64,000 nucleotides of DNA from an uncultured delta proteobacterium (lineage in GTDB: Bacteria > Desulfobacterota > Desulfobacteria > Desulfobacterales > JAFDCJ01), in contig CAVYNY010000022.1 in NCBI GenBank assembly GCA_963769935.1, positions 544,001 to 608,000 on the forward strand. The letters run 5' to 3'. The position numbers and the translations under genes are program-made. The notes under the pieces were generated by a model, which searched no databases, was not told the DNA's origin, and was given only the letters and a program-made list of their open reading frames with translations. Positions 39,753 through 51,300 of the stretch are shown here, piece after piece; position 1 is the first letter of the stretch; each line of letters opens with the position of its first letter.

Positions 39753-40496
39753 ATGGGAAAGACATTTCATAGACCCGAAGCCCTCGCTGATACAATTACC
39801 CACTACTGCCCGGGATGCACCCACGGGGTGGCGCATCGGCTGGTGGCCGAGGTAATTGATGAACTGGGGATTCGCGGCCGCACCGTCGGTATCGCGCCGG
39901 TGGGATGCGCCGTCTTAATGTACAATTATTTCACCTGCGATTTTCAGGAAGCGGCTCATGGCAGGGCACCGGCAATGGCGACCGGGATCAAGCGGGTTCG
40001 ACCGGATCTGATCGTCTTCACCTACCAGGGGGACGGTGATCTGGCAAGCATCGGACTGAGTGAAATTGTTCACGCGGCCAATCGGGGCGAGAAATTTACC
40101 ACAATTTTTATCAACAATGCCGTTTACGGTATGACCGGCGGCCAGATGGCCCCCACCACAATGCCGGGCCAGCGAACCACAACTTCGCCTTTTGGCAGGA
40201 AAACGGACTTTACCGGAATGCCGATCAGGGTGTGCGAGATGCTGGCATCTCTGGCCACGCCTGGATTTATTAGCCGCCAGACGCTGATATCCCCCAAGTA
40301 TATCAACCGGGCCAAAAAAGCCATCAAGAAGGCTTTTATGTACCAACTGGAAAATCGATGCTTCAGCCTGGTGGAATTGATCAGCACCTGTCCGACAAAC
40401 TGGGGCATGACGCCCCTGAATGCACTAAAATGGGCTGAAGAGACAATGCTGCCGTATTTCAAACTGGGGGATTATAAAACGCCGGAGGAAAATTAA
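39753..40496 (+). CDS. 2-oxoacid:ferredoxin oxidoreductase beta (TPP-binding) subunit
   Basis: YCPGCTHG, GDGD..NN and YGMTGGQ. Confidence 0.92.
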   Translation: MGKTFHRPEALADTITHYCPGCTHGVAHRLVAEVIDELGIRGRTVGIAPVGCAVLMYNYFTCDFQEAAHGRAPAMATGIKRVRPDLIVFTYQGDGDLASIGLSEIVHAANRGEKFTTIFINNAVYGMTGGQMAPTTMPGQRTTTSPFGRKTDFTGMPIRVCEMLASLATPGFISRQTLISPKYINRAKKAIKKAFMYQLENRCFSLVELISTCPTNWGMTPLNALKWAEETMLPYFKLGDYKTPEEN

Positions 40497-40591
40497 GCTC
40501 ATAGCTCATAGTTTTATGTTTAAAACGATATTATCGGATTTTTCTATCAGCTATGAACTATCAGCTATCGGCTAAATTTTGAGGAGGGGTC

Positions 40592-41131
40592 ATGCAAAGT
40601 GAAATTCAATTTGCCGGATTCGGCGGACAGGGGATCATGTTGATGGGCCAGATTCTCGCTCAGGCCGCAATGAACGAAGGATTTGAAGTTGTCTGGATAC
40701 CTTCCTACGGGCCGGAGATGCGGGGCGGCACCGCCTATTGTACGGTTGTGATCAGCGACCGGCTCATAGGGTCTCCGATTATTCGCAATCCCAAACATCT
40801 GGTTGCCATGAACCGGCCCTCTTTGGAAAAATTTGCACCGACCGTTAAAGCCGGCGGAGTGATATTTATCAACAGCTCCATAATATCCATCGATGCCGGC
40901 CGTGATGATGTGGATGTCGTCAGAGTGCCCATCATCGAAATTGCCAAGGAGCTCGGAAACGTCAAAGCCGCCAATATCGTGGCTCTGGCCGCATTTGTGA
41001 TCCGCAGCAAGGTGGTTGGTTTCGAAGCACTGCAAGAAGCGGTCAAAGGTAAATTCGCCCAGAAAGAAAAGCTGATACCCCTGAATATGAAAGCGCTTGA
41101 GGAAGGAAGAAAGGCGGCCCTGGCCCAATGA
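40592..41131 (+). CDS. 2-oxoacid:ferredoxin oxidoreductase gamma subunit
   Basis: AGFGGQG and SYGPEMRGG. Confidence 0.92.
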   Translation: MQSEIQFAGFGGQGIMLMGQILAQAAMNEGFEVVWIPSYGPEMRGGTAYCTVVISDRLIGSPIIRNPKHLVAMNRPSLEKFAPTVKAGGVIFINSSIISIDAGRDDVDVVRVPIIEIAKELGNVKAANIVALAAFVIRSKVVGFEALQEAVKGKFAQKEKLIPLNMKALEEGRKAALAQ

Positions 41132-42216
41132 AACTGACCGTGCCCGATTACATCCTGACACTGAAACCCTATGTGGCAGGAAAACCGCTTGAGGAACTCC
41201 AGCGGGAATACGGCATTGCCGATGCGGTCAAGCTTGCCTCCAATGAAAATCCCCTGGGGCCGTCGCCCAAGGCATTGGAGGCTATCCGGCAAACCGCCGG
41301 TAAATTGCATCGGTATCCCAACAGCGGCAGCTATGATTTGTGTCAACACCTTGCGAGCCGCTTGAACATAAAGTGCGAAAACATCGTGCTCGGTAACGGT
41401 TCCGACGACCTGATCGCCATGCTCGCCCGGGTGATGCTGCAGCCCGGTGATGAAGCCATTATACCCCAGCCCGCCTTCCTGTACTATGAAATCGTAATCC
41501 AGAGTTCCGGTGCCGTAGCGCGCGGAGTGCCTTTGAAGGACCTGCAGACCGACCTGGATGGAATGCTGGATCGCATCGGTCCGAAAACCCGGCTCATTTT
41601 CGTGAACAATCCGCATAACCCCACCGGGTCCCTGATCGCAAAAGAAGCGCTGGATACATTTGTCGCAGCTGTGCCGACGAATATCGTGCTGGTGGTCGAC
41701 GAGGCTTACATCGAATTTGTAAGCGCCGCGAATTGCCCCAGCAGCCTCGATTACCTGCATTCGGACAAGACCGTGGTCGGACTGCGAACCTTCTCCAAGG
41801 CCTATGGCTTGGCCGGGCTTCGCATCGGCTACGGACTTATGCCGCCATATTTAGCCCAACTACTCCACCGGGTAAGACAGCCCTTTAATGTGAATACGCT
41901 GGCCCAGGCGGCGGCCATTGCCGCCCTTGAAGATAAGGATTTCCTGCGACAAACCGTGCAGCTGGTTTCAGAAGAAATGGCATTTATGTACCAGGCCCTG
42001 GATAGGATCGGCATCAAATACCATAAGTCCCACGCCAATTTCTTTCTGATTCAAGTGGACAAAAAGGCCGATGTGGTTTTCGAGGATCTGCTTAAAAAAG
42101 GGGTTATTGTACGTTCCATGACATCCTACGGCTATCCGGATTGCATCCGGGTCAACGTCGGATTGCATCAGGAAAACCTTCGATTGCTGAAGGCGCTGGA
42201 AGAAGTGCTTCAATAG
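41128..42216 (+). CDS. hisC: Histidinol-phosphate aminotransferase
   Basis: KLASNENPLG, NPHNPTG, DEAY and RTFSKAYGLAGLRIGY. Confidence 0.95.
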   Translation: MKLTVPDYILTLKPYVAGKPLEELQREYGIADAVKLASNENPLGPSPKALEAIRQTAGKLHRYPNSGSYDLCQHLASRLNIKCENIVLGNGSDDLIAMLARVMLQPGDEAIIPQPAFLYYEIVIQSSGAVARGVPLKDLQTDLDGMLDRIGPKTRLIFVNNPHNPTGSLIAKEALDTFVAAVPTNIVLVVDEAYIEFVSAANCPSSLDYLHSDKTVVGLRTFSKAYGLAGLRIGYGLMPPYLAQLLHRVRQPFNVNTLAQAAAIAALEDKDFLRQTVQLVSEEMAFMYQALDRIGIKYHKSHANFFLIQVDKKADVVFEDLLKKGVIVRSMTSYGYPDCIRVNVGLHQENLRLLKALEEVLQ

Positions 42217-42450
42217 GTTTCAGGTTTCGGTTTTCAAGTGTCAGGTTTCAGATGGCAGATGACGGAAGAAAGATAAAAGAGGACAAAACCTGGGAGGTTG
42301 GGAAGCGGGGCTGGTGAGACAGGCAAACGGTGAACCGGTGAATCGGTGAGACGGGGAAACGGACAGACGGGGAAAAAGATAGAAACCCTGAACTGTCTAA
42401 TCGATCCAAACGATTTCAACAAACGCAATAAACGCTATAAACTAAATATA
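42217..42450. repeat. Stack of 7/8/9-nt tandem repeats
   Basis: TCAGGTT, CAGATGA, GAGACGGG/GAANCGGT and AAACGCAAT units. Confidence 0.75.
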
Positions 42451-42454
42451 CTTC

Positions 42455-43123
42455 GTGAACGCATTTAGCAAAAAACTTCTGATCACGATCGACGGCCCGG
42501 CGGGGGCCGGCAAGACGACCGTCAGCCGGTTGCTGGCGGACCGGTTGGGTTATCGGTATGTTGATACCGGGGCGCTTTACCGGGGGGTGGCGCTGGCTGT
42601 TAAAACCCGGGGGGTTAATCCGGAAAATGATGCCGATATAGCGTCTCTCTGTGGTCGGCTTAAACTTAGTTTTATTATAAATAATAATGGATTGCGTCTT
42701 ATTTTGGACGGGGAGGACGTCACCGATCGCATTCGTTCGCCCGAGATTACGATGCTGGCTTCAACCGTCTCGGCCAAACCGGTTGTGCGGCAATATCTTC
42801 TTGATCTGCAAAGGAATTTGGGCCGCGAAAAGGCTGCCGTGTTTGAAGGACGGGATATGGGAACCGTGGTTTTTCCGGAAGCCGACGTTAAATTTTTTTT
42901 GGATGCATCCACCAAAACCAGAGCGCTGCGGCGTTTTGAGGAATTAAAATCCAAAACCTCCCAGTCCCTGGACGAAGTCGAGCGTGATATGAAGCAGCGC
43001 GATCAAAATGACAGTACCCGTCAGGCGGCGCCGTTAAAGCCGGCAGCGGATGCCATCATCATCGACTCGACGGATCTGAGTGCTGAGCAGGTGGTTGAGG
43101 TAATACTGTCCCATTTGGAGTAG
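42455..43123 (+). CDS. cmk: Cytidylate kinase
   Basis: IDGPAGAGKTT, DTGALYR and EGRDMGTVVFP. Confidence 0.96.
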   Translation: MNAFSKKLLITIDGPAGAGKTTVSRLLADRLGYRYVDTGALYRGVALAVKTRGVNPENDADIASLCGRLKLSFIINNNGLRLILDGEDVTDRIRSPEITMLASTVSAKPVVRQYLLDLQRNLGREKAAVFEGRDMGTVVFPEADVKFFLDASTKTRALRRFEELKSKTSQSLDEVERDMKQRDQNDSTRQAAPLKPAADAIIIDSTDLSAEQVVEVILSHLE

Positions 43124-43362
43124 ATCGGCCGGGGCGACGGGTTGAAAACGGTTGCCGACCCCACTTTTGCCGCCCTGATCGGTTACGGGGATCCGGCTGC
43201 CGGCGGCAAGCCCAATTTCCACTGATAAATACTTTTTTCCTGTGATTTGAGAAATTATCGAAATTAATTATTGCTTTTTTCTACAGGTCTGCTAAAGATA
43301 CCTGATTGTGCAATTCTTACAGGCTGCATGATCAATAATGGCTAAGGGGGTATTTTATTTTT

Positions 43363-45207
43363 ATGGTTACTGTTAACGAAAACGATGTTAAGGACATCTC
43401 AAACCAATCCGATCTTTCCGATGAAGCTACGGACCAGCCTTCAGAAGCTGATGAAGCACCGTCAGCCGATGAACAATCATCCAAACCAACTGTGGCCGAC
43501 AAGCCCGCAGGCGTTGTTCAAGAATCCGGTGACAGCATGGAAGCGGTAATGGATCTGTATGAAGAGAGCTTTAAGCGTTTCGCTGAAGGCGAAGTCGTCA
43601 CCGGCCGGATCATCTCGGTTGATAAGGACCATGTTCTGGTAGATATCGGCTACAAATCCGAAGGGCAGATTCGGATTCAGGAATTCAAGGACGATAGCGG
43701 GAACATCACCGCCCAGGTTGGGGATCCCGTTGAGGTAATGGTGGAATGGTGGGACGATGAGGATGAGCGGGTGGTCCTCTCAAAAGAAAAAGCTGCCAAC
43801 ATAAAAATATGGGATGCGATCAAGAAATGCTACGATGAGGATGGGACGATAAAAGGTGTCATATCCAACCGCGTCAAAGGCGGATTTTCCGTGGACATCG
43901 GTGTCCTGGCTTTTTTACCCGGTTCTCAGGCCGATCTTCGGCCGATACGAAACCTGGACGAACTTGTGGGCCAAAAATTTGAATTCAAGATCCTGAAATA
44001 TAACCGCAAACGCAGTAACATTGTTTTGTCGCGCCGCGCCATACTGGAAAAAAAGAGAGAAGAAAAGCGCTCGAAGACCTTGGAATCCATTTTTGAAGGC
44101 AAGGTCGTAGAGGGCTATGTCAAGAATATTACCGACTACGGTGTCTTTATCGATCTTGGCGGCGTGGACGGCCTGCTTCACATCACCGACATATCCTGGG
44201 GCCGAGTCAAACATCCCTCAGAGCTTTTCTCCGTCGGCGATGCGATCAAAGTCAAAATATTAAGCTTTGACCTGGAAAAAGAACGGGTTTCCCTGGGCAT
44301 GAAACAACTTTCGGTCGATCCCTGGTCCATTGCCGCGGAAAAATATGCGGTTGGCTCCCGGGTCACCGGTACGGTTGTCAGCCTGACGGACTACGGCGCA
44401 TTTATCGAGCTGGAGGAAGGAATTGAGGGACTGATCCACGTATCCGAGATGTCCTGGACCCGCAAAATCCGTCATCCCTCCAAAGTTGTCTCGGTGGGAG
44501 AAGAAGTTGAGGCGATCGTTCTCGACATCAAACCCGAAAATCGCAGGATATCTCTGGGTATGAAACAGGTGGTTCCAAATCCGTGGGATGTGATTGCTGA
44601 AAAATATCCCGTCGGTACCACCATTGAAGGCAAGATCAAAAATATTACCGACTTCGGCCTTTTTATCGGTATTGATGAAGGTATTGACGGTCTCGTCCAT
44701 ATTTCCGACCTATCCTGGATCAAACGGATCAAGCATCCATCCGAGATTTACAAAAAAGGCGACGTTGTCCAGGCCATCGTGCTGGATATTGAAAAGGAAA
44801 GCGAACGGTTTTCCCTTGGTATTAAGCAGCTGCAGGACGATCCGTGGAAATCGGTGGCCGAACGCTACGCGACCGGCAAAGAGATCACCGGCACCGTAAC
44901 CAATCTAACCGATTTCGGCATCTTTGTTGAACTTGAGGAAGGCATCGAAGGCCTGGTTCATGTATCGGAGATCAGCAAAGAGAAGATCAAAACTCCGGTA
45001 GGAAAATATAATATCGGCGATGTTATCACTGCCAGGGTTATGAACATCAATAGTGATGAGCGAAGAATCGGACTTTCCATCAAACGTATGGAGCTTGATG
45101 ACGAACAGAGCCTGTTGAGTGAATATGTCAACAAAATGGGACCTGCCACATCTTCATTCGGCGAAATCCTGCGGGAGAATTTGCAGGAAAAATTAAATGA
45201 AGAATAA
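43363..45207 (+). CDS. rpsA: 30S ribosomal protein S1
   Basis: Six S1 repeats (FG.FV...GIEGLVHVSE); follows cmk. Confidence 0.97.
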   Translation: MVTVNENDVKDISNQSDLSDEATDQPSEADEAPSADEQSSKPTVADKPAGVVQESGDSMEAVMDLYEESFKRFAEGEVVTGRIISVDKDHVLVDIGYKSEGQIRIQEFKDDSGNITAQVGDPVEVMVEWWDDEDERVVLSKEKAANIKIWDAIKKCYDEDGTIKGVISNRVKGGFSVDIGVLAFLPGSQADLRPIRNLDELVGQKFEFKILKYNRKRSNIVLSRRAILEKKREEKRSKTLESIFEGKVVEGYVKNITDYGVFIDLGGVDGLLHITDISWGRVKHPSELFSVGDAIKVKILSFDLEKERVSLGMKQLSVDPWSIAAEKYAVGSRVTGTVVSLTDYGAFIELEEGIEGLIHVSEMSWTRKIRHPSKVVSVGEEVEAIVLDIKPENRRISLGMKQVVPNPWDVIAEKYPVGTTIEGKIKNITDFGLFIGIDEGIDGLVHISDLSWIKRIKHPSEIYKKGDVVQAIVLDIEKESERFSLGIKQLQDDPWKSVAERYATGKEITGTVTNLTDFGIFVELEEGIEGLVHVSEISKEKIKTPVGKYNIGDVITARVMNINSDERRIGLSIKRMELDDEQSLLSEYVNKMGPATSSFGEILRENLQEKLNEE

Positions 45208-45256
45208 ATTTTTGAATATCAAAAATTTATGATTAAAATAAAATATTGATGTTTCC

Positions 45257-45301
45257 AGGCGCCTATCCCGTCGCTACTTCCGCGATTTGATAGGCGTCTT
45301 T
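45257..45301 (+). terminator. Putative terminator after rpsA
   Basis: AGGCGCCTATC...GATAGGCGTCTTT. Confidence 0.55.
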
Positions 45302-45308
45302 ATATCCT

Positions 45309-45343
45309 CGCCTAAAATTGTGAACTAATTTTTTCGCGAACTC
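45309..45343. mobile_element. Isolated end of the 156-bp MITE
   Basis: CGCCTAAAATTGTGAACTAATTTTTTCGCGAACTC matches 1688-1722 with few mismatches. Confidence 0.75.
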
Positions 45344-45368
45344 TGAATTAAATCCGGAAACGTCCGAC

Positions 45369-45977
45369 TCATTCAAAAATACTTACATCCCCCATGCCTT
45401 TGCGGATTACCTCGGGTTGGTCATTGATCAATGAGATGACGCTGGAGGGTTGACCGGGCACGATGCTGCCGTCAACCACGGCATCGATGCGGTTGCCGAA
45501 ATAGTCGTGAATCAGTGATGCATCGTGGAGGACTGTTCCGTCCGGCATTGTTGCACTGGTGGTCAACAGGGGGTTTTCCAGATCCTTGACCAGGGCCAGA
45601 CAAATTGGATTGTCCGGTACGCGAATTCCCGCAGTTTTGCGTTTGGTCAGCATGATTTTGGGGACCAGCCTGGCGCCTTCCAAAATGAAGGTGTAGGGAC
45701 CCGGTAACAGCCGTTTCATGGTTTTATAGGCGTAGTTTGAAACCTTGGCATATTGGCTGATGTTTTTAAGGTCGGAACAGATAAAACTGAAGGGTATGCT
45801 TTTGCTCCTTTGTTTCAACTGATAGATTCGTTCAATGGCTCTCTTGTTCATGATATCGCAACCGATACCATAATAGGTATCGGTCGGATAGACAACAATT
45901 CCGCCTTTTTTTAAAATATCAACGACGATGTGGATAAGTCGCTGCTGGGGATTCTGTGGATTAATATCAATTAACAT
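45369..45977 (-). CDS. Sua5/YciO/YrdC family protein (YciO-like)
   Basis: YPTDTYYG, LLPGPYTFIL and GIRVPD. Confidence 0.9.
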   Translation of the reverse strand: MLIDINPQNPQQRLIHIVVDILKKGGIVVYPTDTYYGIGCDIMNKRAIERIYQLKQRSKSIPFSFICSDLKNISQYAKVSNYAYKTMKRLLPGPYTFILEGARLVPKIMLTKRKTAGIRVPDNPICLALVKDLENPLLTTSATMPDGTVLHDASLIHDYFGNRIDAVVDGSIVPGQPSSVISLINDQPEVIRKGMGDVSIFE

Positions 45978-46275
45978 CGGGGCGGTCAGTCACTTTAACA
46001 AATTTCGGAATATTGATAGCTCCTTTTGATTCATCGATCCGTGAAGTTGAATGTTACCCTGTCCCTGGAGCCAGTCGAGGGTCCCGCCTTCGGCGGTCAA
46101 AGATCGTCGGGTTGCCGGACTCGGATTTTTTACTATGGGACTCAACTTGATGTCAAGTTGACAATTAAGGATTGCCAAAGCCGCGACCATTTGCTATTCG
46201 ATTTTGCGTCCTGGTGACTTGGCGGCGAAAATGTTTTATCATAAGCATGGTAAGCATTCACTATTAAGATGCTAA

Positions 46276-46431
46276 GGGTTCGCGAAAAAATAAGTTCACA
46301 ATTTTAGGCGTTGCGGCGTCCGACTGGCAAGGCGCGAAAACGCAGGAATATCTGGATATTCCGAGCTTCCGCAACGCAGCCAGGCGGGATGCAGCGGCGT
46401 TTAAAATGTGAAGTTATTTTTGAGTGGGCCC
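46276..46431. mobile_element. 156-bp MITE-like element, copy 2 (inverted relative to copy 1)
   Basis: Reverse complement of 1567-1722 with scattered substitutions; flanked by TAA / TGA. Confidence 0.85.
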
Positions 46432-46450
46432 TGAGTTAGGGAGGATTCAA

Positions 46451-47914
46451 ATGCCAAAAATTCCGCCTGAAGAAGCCTATTCGTTTGACGATGTGCTGCT
46501 GATTCCCAGTTATTCGGATGTGCTGCCGAAAGATGTCAATATCAGTACGCCGTTGACCAGAAATATCAACCTCAATATTCCTATCGTCAGTGCTGCCATG
46601 GACACCGTCACCGAGGGGGATGCCGCCATCACCATGGCCAGAGAAGGCGGTATGGGATTTATCCATCGCAATATGAGCATCGAAAGTCAGGCCAGGGAGG
46701 TGGATAAAGTTAAAAAATCTGAAAGCGGCATGATCGTAGATCCGGTTACCATCCATCCGAATCAGAAGGTCCATGAGGTATTGGTCTTAATGGAGCAGTA
46801 CCATATATCCGGTGTGCCGGTGACCGAGGGTGAACAGTTGGTTGGAATCGTCACCAACCGGGATCTGCGGTTCGAGACCGATCTTGACAAAAAGATTTCA
46901 GAGGTCATGACCAAGGACCATCTGATAACCGTTCCGGAAGGAATTTCACTGGAAGACTCCAAAAAACTGCTTCACCAACACCGCATCGAGAAGCTTCTGG
47001 TAGTTGATAAAAACGGCCGCTTGACAGGATTGATAACCATCAAGGATATTGAAAAAATAAAAAAGTATCCCAATGCCTGCAAAGACAGCCGGGGACGACT
47101 GCGGGTCGGGGCCGCGGTCGGTGTCGGCCCCGAAATGATAGAGCGCGCCGAAGCGCTGCTCAAGGCCGGCGCGGACATAATCCTGATAGACACCTCGCAC
47201 GGCCATTCAGCCAATGTCATCAACGGCATCAAAGCCCTAAAAAGCACGTTTGACAATATTGAGTTGATCGCCGGCAACGTCGGCACGGCCAAAGGGGCTG
47301 AGGACCTGATCAATGCCGGGGTGGACGGCTTCAAGGTCGGCATCGGCGGCGGATCGATTTGCACCACCCGCATCGTGGCCGGGATCGGTGTGCCGCAAAT
47401 GACGGCCATTATGAACTGCCGTTCCATCTCCAGCAAAACCGGTGTGCCGTTGATAGCCGACGGCGGAATTCGATTTTCCGGTGATCTTACCAAGGCGATC
47501 GGTGCCGGCGCTCACTCCATCATGATCGGAGGACTTCTCGCCGGAACCGAGGAGAGCCCGGGTGAAGTGGTTTTTTTCCAGGGCCGCAGCTACAAAATGT
47601 ATCGCGGTATGGGATCGATCGAAGCCATGAAGAAGGGCAGCAAGGATCGCTATTATCAAACCGAGCAAACCGAAGATGATAAATTGGTTCCCGAGGGCAT
47701 TGTCGGCCGCGTGCCTTACCGGGGTTCCCTTTCAGCCAATATTTTTCAGCTCATCGGTGGGCTGAAGGCCGGCATGGGCTATTGCGGCTGCCGCACGCTG
47801 GATGAGCTGAGAGAAAAGGCACGGTTTGTGAAAATCAGTGCCGCCGGTATGCGCGAAAGCCACGTGCACGACGTCATTATCACCAAAGAAGCACCCAATT
47901 ATCGGTTGGAATAA
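46451..47914 (+). CDS. guaB: IMP dehydrogenase
   Basis: [11 protein letters not shown] pair, GSICTTR and YRGMGS; GGGAGG RBS before ATG 46451. Confidence 0.97.
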   Translation: MPKIPPEEAYSFDDVLLIPSYSDVLPKDVNISTPLTRNINLNIPIVSAAMDTVTEGDAAITMAREGGMGFIHRNMSIESQAREVDKVKKSESGMIVDPVTIHPNQKVHEVLVLMEQYHISGVPVTEGEQLVGIVTNRDLRFETDLDKKISEVMTKDHLITVPEGISLEDSKKLLHQHRIEKLLVVDKNGRLTGLITIKDIEKIKKYPNACKDSRGRLRVGAAVGVGPEMIERAEALLKAGADIILIDTSHGHSANVINGIKALKSTFDNIELIAGNVGTAKGAEDLINAGVDGFKVGIGGGSICTTRIVAGIGVPQMTAIMNCRSISSKTGVPLIADGGIRFSGDLTKAIGAGAHSIMIGGLLAGTEESPGEVVFFQGRSYKMYRGMGSIEAMKKGSKDRYYQTEQTEDDKLVPEGIVGRVPYRGSLSANIFQLIGGLKAGMGYCGCRTLDELREKARFVKISAAGMRESHVHDVIITKEAPNYRLE

Positions 47915-47919
47915 TATTT

Positions 47920-48282
47920 GGATGTTGTAAGTCGTATGTTATGTGTTGTCGGCTGTCTGTGGCAGTCCGGGTCAGGCATCCAACCACTTCAGAATAGCAG
48001 GATTTCTTCGCAAGTTTATGATATCGAGCAAAAAAAAACAGCTCGCCGCCTGTAAGCGCCAATGCAGTAACTCAGTGCCCAAAATCAAGGTGCGTTCTCT
48101 ATAAAGAAAGCAATTACCGGGCGAGTTTCGGTTATGAGGTGACCGCATGCTCAGCGTGCAGCACGCGTCTCGCTTCCCGCAACACCCACACACAACACAC
48201 AACATACAACTTACAGCGCGCACCGCGCAACCCGCAACCCGCACCTCGTAACACGTAACACGCACCGCGCAACCCGCGACCT
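47920..48282. repeat. Inverted heptamer arms (TGTTGTN / ACAACAN) plus a CGCAACC/CGTAACA array
   Basis: G/T-rich units at 47924-47950; complementary C/A-rich units at 48180-48280. Confidence 0.8.
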
Positions 48283-48313
48283 TATGCTTAAAGAAAAGAA
48301 GGTAAATGACCCC

Positions 48314-51300
48314 ATGACAACAGCCAGCGTCCCCGACTTCGTCCACCTGCATGTCCACACCCAGTACAGCCTGCTGGACGGTGCCATCCGTATTGAAGAC
48401 CTGTTGCAGCGGACAGCCGATTTCGGCATGCACTCGGTGGCCATCACCGATCACGGAACCATGTTCGGTGCCGTTGAGTTTTATGAAAAGGCCGTCAAGG
48501 CCGGCATCAAGCCCATTATCGGCATCGAGATATATGTTGCCCCCCGCAGCCGTTTCGATAAGACACCGCTGGACAGCAAAGGCCTTTCGCATCTGATCCT
48601 GCTGGCTGAAAATCAGGAAGGTTATCGCAACCTGTGCAAATTGGCCACGGCCGCCCAGCTTGAGGGGTTTTACTACAAGCCCCGTATCGACAAACAGCTT
48701 TTAAAAGCGCACAGCAAGGGGCTGATTGGCATGACCGCCTGTCTGCATGGCGAAATTCCGCTGCGGATTCGGGAAGGCAGCATGACGCAGGCCGATGAAG
48801 CCGCCCGGGAGTATCAGGCTATATTCGGCGAAAAAAATTTTTTCCTGGAAGTTCAGAATAACGGCATCGATATCCAGGAGCGCGTCAACGAATCCCTTTT
48901 AGACATGAGTCGCCGGCTGTCGATTCCTCTGGTGGCCAGCAATGACTGTCATTATCTGCAACGAGAGGACGTCCGCGCCCATGATGTTTTGTTGTGCATT
49001 CAAACCGGCAAAACCATCCACGACAACGATCGGCTGAAATTCAGAACCGATCAGCTGTACTTCAAGTCAAAAGAAGAAATGCAGGCCTACTTTAATTCCT
49101 ACCCGGATGCTCTCAGCAACACGGTGGACATTGCCAAGCGCTGCAATCTGGAATTTGATTTCAACACGTACCACTTCCCTAAATTCGATACCGGTACCGA
49201 ACATAGTGCCGACGATCTGTTTGAAGAAAAAGTGCGGCAGGGATTTGTGCGGGTTATGGCGCGCGTGAAAGACAAAACTCCCGGAGTCGATGAACAAATT
49301 TATCGGAAGCGTCTCGATTATGAAATCGACACCATCAAAGAAATGGGATTTCCCGGCTATTTTTTAATTGTTTCCGACTTCATTCGCCATGCCAAAGAAT
49401 CGGGCGTGCCGGTGGGACCCGGCCGGGGTTCGGCAGCCGGCAGCCTGGTGGCTTACAGCCTGGGGATCACCGATCTGGATCCCATCGCCCATGGGTTAAT
49501 CTTCGAGCGTTTCCTTAACCCGGCCCGCAAGAGCATGCCGGATATAGACGTCGATTTTTGCATCGACGGCCGGGAGGATGTCTACAAATATGTGGTCGAC
49601 AGATACGGCGGCGGCGACTACGTGGCCCAGATCATCACCTTCGGAAAACTCAAGACCCGGGCGGTTATTCGCGATGTGGGCCGTGCGCTGGATATTCCGC
49701 TGCGGGAAGTGGATGCAATCGCCAAAATGGTGCCGGATGTGGTGAACATCAGCCTTGACGACGCCTTAAAACAGGAACCGCGCTTGGCTGAACTGGTTGA
49801 AAAAGATCCCAATGTGGCCGATCTGATACGGATCTGCCGCGTGCTCGAAGGGCTGCCGCGCCACGCTTCCACCCATGCCGCCGGGGTTGTTATCGCCGAC
49901 CGGCCGCTGGTTGACTATCTGCCTTTATACCGGGGCAAAAAAGGGGAGGTGGTGACCCAGTTCGACATGAAAATCGTTGAAAAGATCGGTTTGGTCAAAT
50001 TCGATTTTCTCGGGCTGCGCAACCTGACGGTCATCGCCAATGCGCTGGCCCTGATCAAGCGCCAGGGCAAGTCACCGCCGGATCTGGAAAATATCGAATT
50101 GACCGATGCCGATACCTACCGGCTGCTTTCCGCCGGCGACACCACCGGGGTCTTCCAGCTTGAAAGCTCCGGCATGAAAGATTTGCTGGTGCGCCTGAAG
50201 CCGGAAACTTTCGATGACATCATCGCTCTGGTGGCGCTGTACCGCCCCGGTCCCATGGAAAGCGGCATGGTCAACGATTATGTCGCCTGCAAACATGGGA
50301 AAAAAGCCGTGGAATACATGGTGCCCGAACTCGAGCCGGTCCTCAAAGAAACCTATGGTGTGATCGTCTACCAGGAACAGGTCATGAAAATAGCCGGCGA
50401 ACTGGCGAAATATACCATGGCGGAGGCCGATGATCTTCGCAAGGCCATGGGTAAGAAGATTCCTGAAATTATGGCCCAGCATCGCCATCGCTTTGTACAA
50501 GGCGCCCAGGACAACAACATCCCCGGCGAGAAAGCCAAGAACCTGTTCGACCTGATTGAAAAATTCGGCGGGTACGGCTTCAACAAGTCCCACAGCGCCG
50601 CCTATGCGTTGATTGCCTACCAGACGGCCTTCCTGAAAGCGCATTTTCCCGTGGAATTTATGGCTTCATTGCTGACCAGTGAAATGCATTCCACGGACGG
50701 TGTGGTGAAATTTATTGCCGAATGCCGTAATCACGACATTCCGATCCTGCCGCCCGATGTAAATAAAAGTGATATCGAGTTTGCGGTGGATGGATCCCGC
50801 ATCCGCTACGGTCTGGTGGCAGTGAAAAACGTCGGTGAAAATGCCATTGAATCCATCGTTGCCTGTCGCGCCGACCAGACTTTTGAATCGTTGTTTGACT
50901 TTTGCGAGCGGGTGGATCTGAAAAAAGTCAACAAGCGGGTTATTGAAAGCCTGATCAAATGCGGCGCTTTTGATTCCACCGGCGCCAGGCGGTCCCAGAT
51001 GATGGCCGCGCTGGAAAGTGCCCTCGACTACGGCCAGCGGGTGCAGCGGGAGCGCAACGACCCCCAGATGGGGCTTTTTGATCTGGGTGAAAGCCAGCCC
51101 AGCATTAATGCGCCGGCATTGCCCGAAATAGAGGAATGGGACGAGAAGCAGCTGCTGGCTTTTGAGAAAGAATCCCTTGGATTTTTTCTGACCGGTCATC
51201 CCCTGACGCGCTACGAAGATATTCTGGATAAGTTTACCAATGCCGACGCGATCTCCATCAAAGAACTCAAAGACGGCGGGGTCGTCAGAATCGGCGGACT

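Noticed and set aside
40735..41760. 341-aa minus-strand ORF (likewise 50666-51772, 53841-54680, 59422-60411, 18724-19452, 23627-24373)
   Set aside because: Antisense shadows of well-supported genes, with no motifs.
47972..48592. 206-aa Cys/Val/Arg-rich ORF (also 23206-23478, 18309-18560, 54798-55016)
   Set aside because: Translations of heptamer or 9-mer repeat arrays overlapping real genes.
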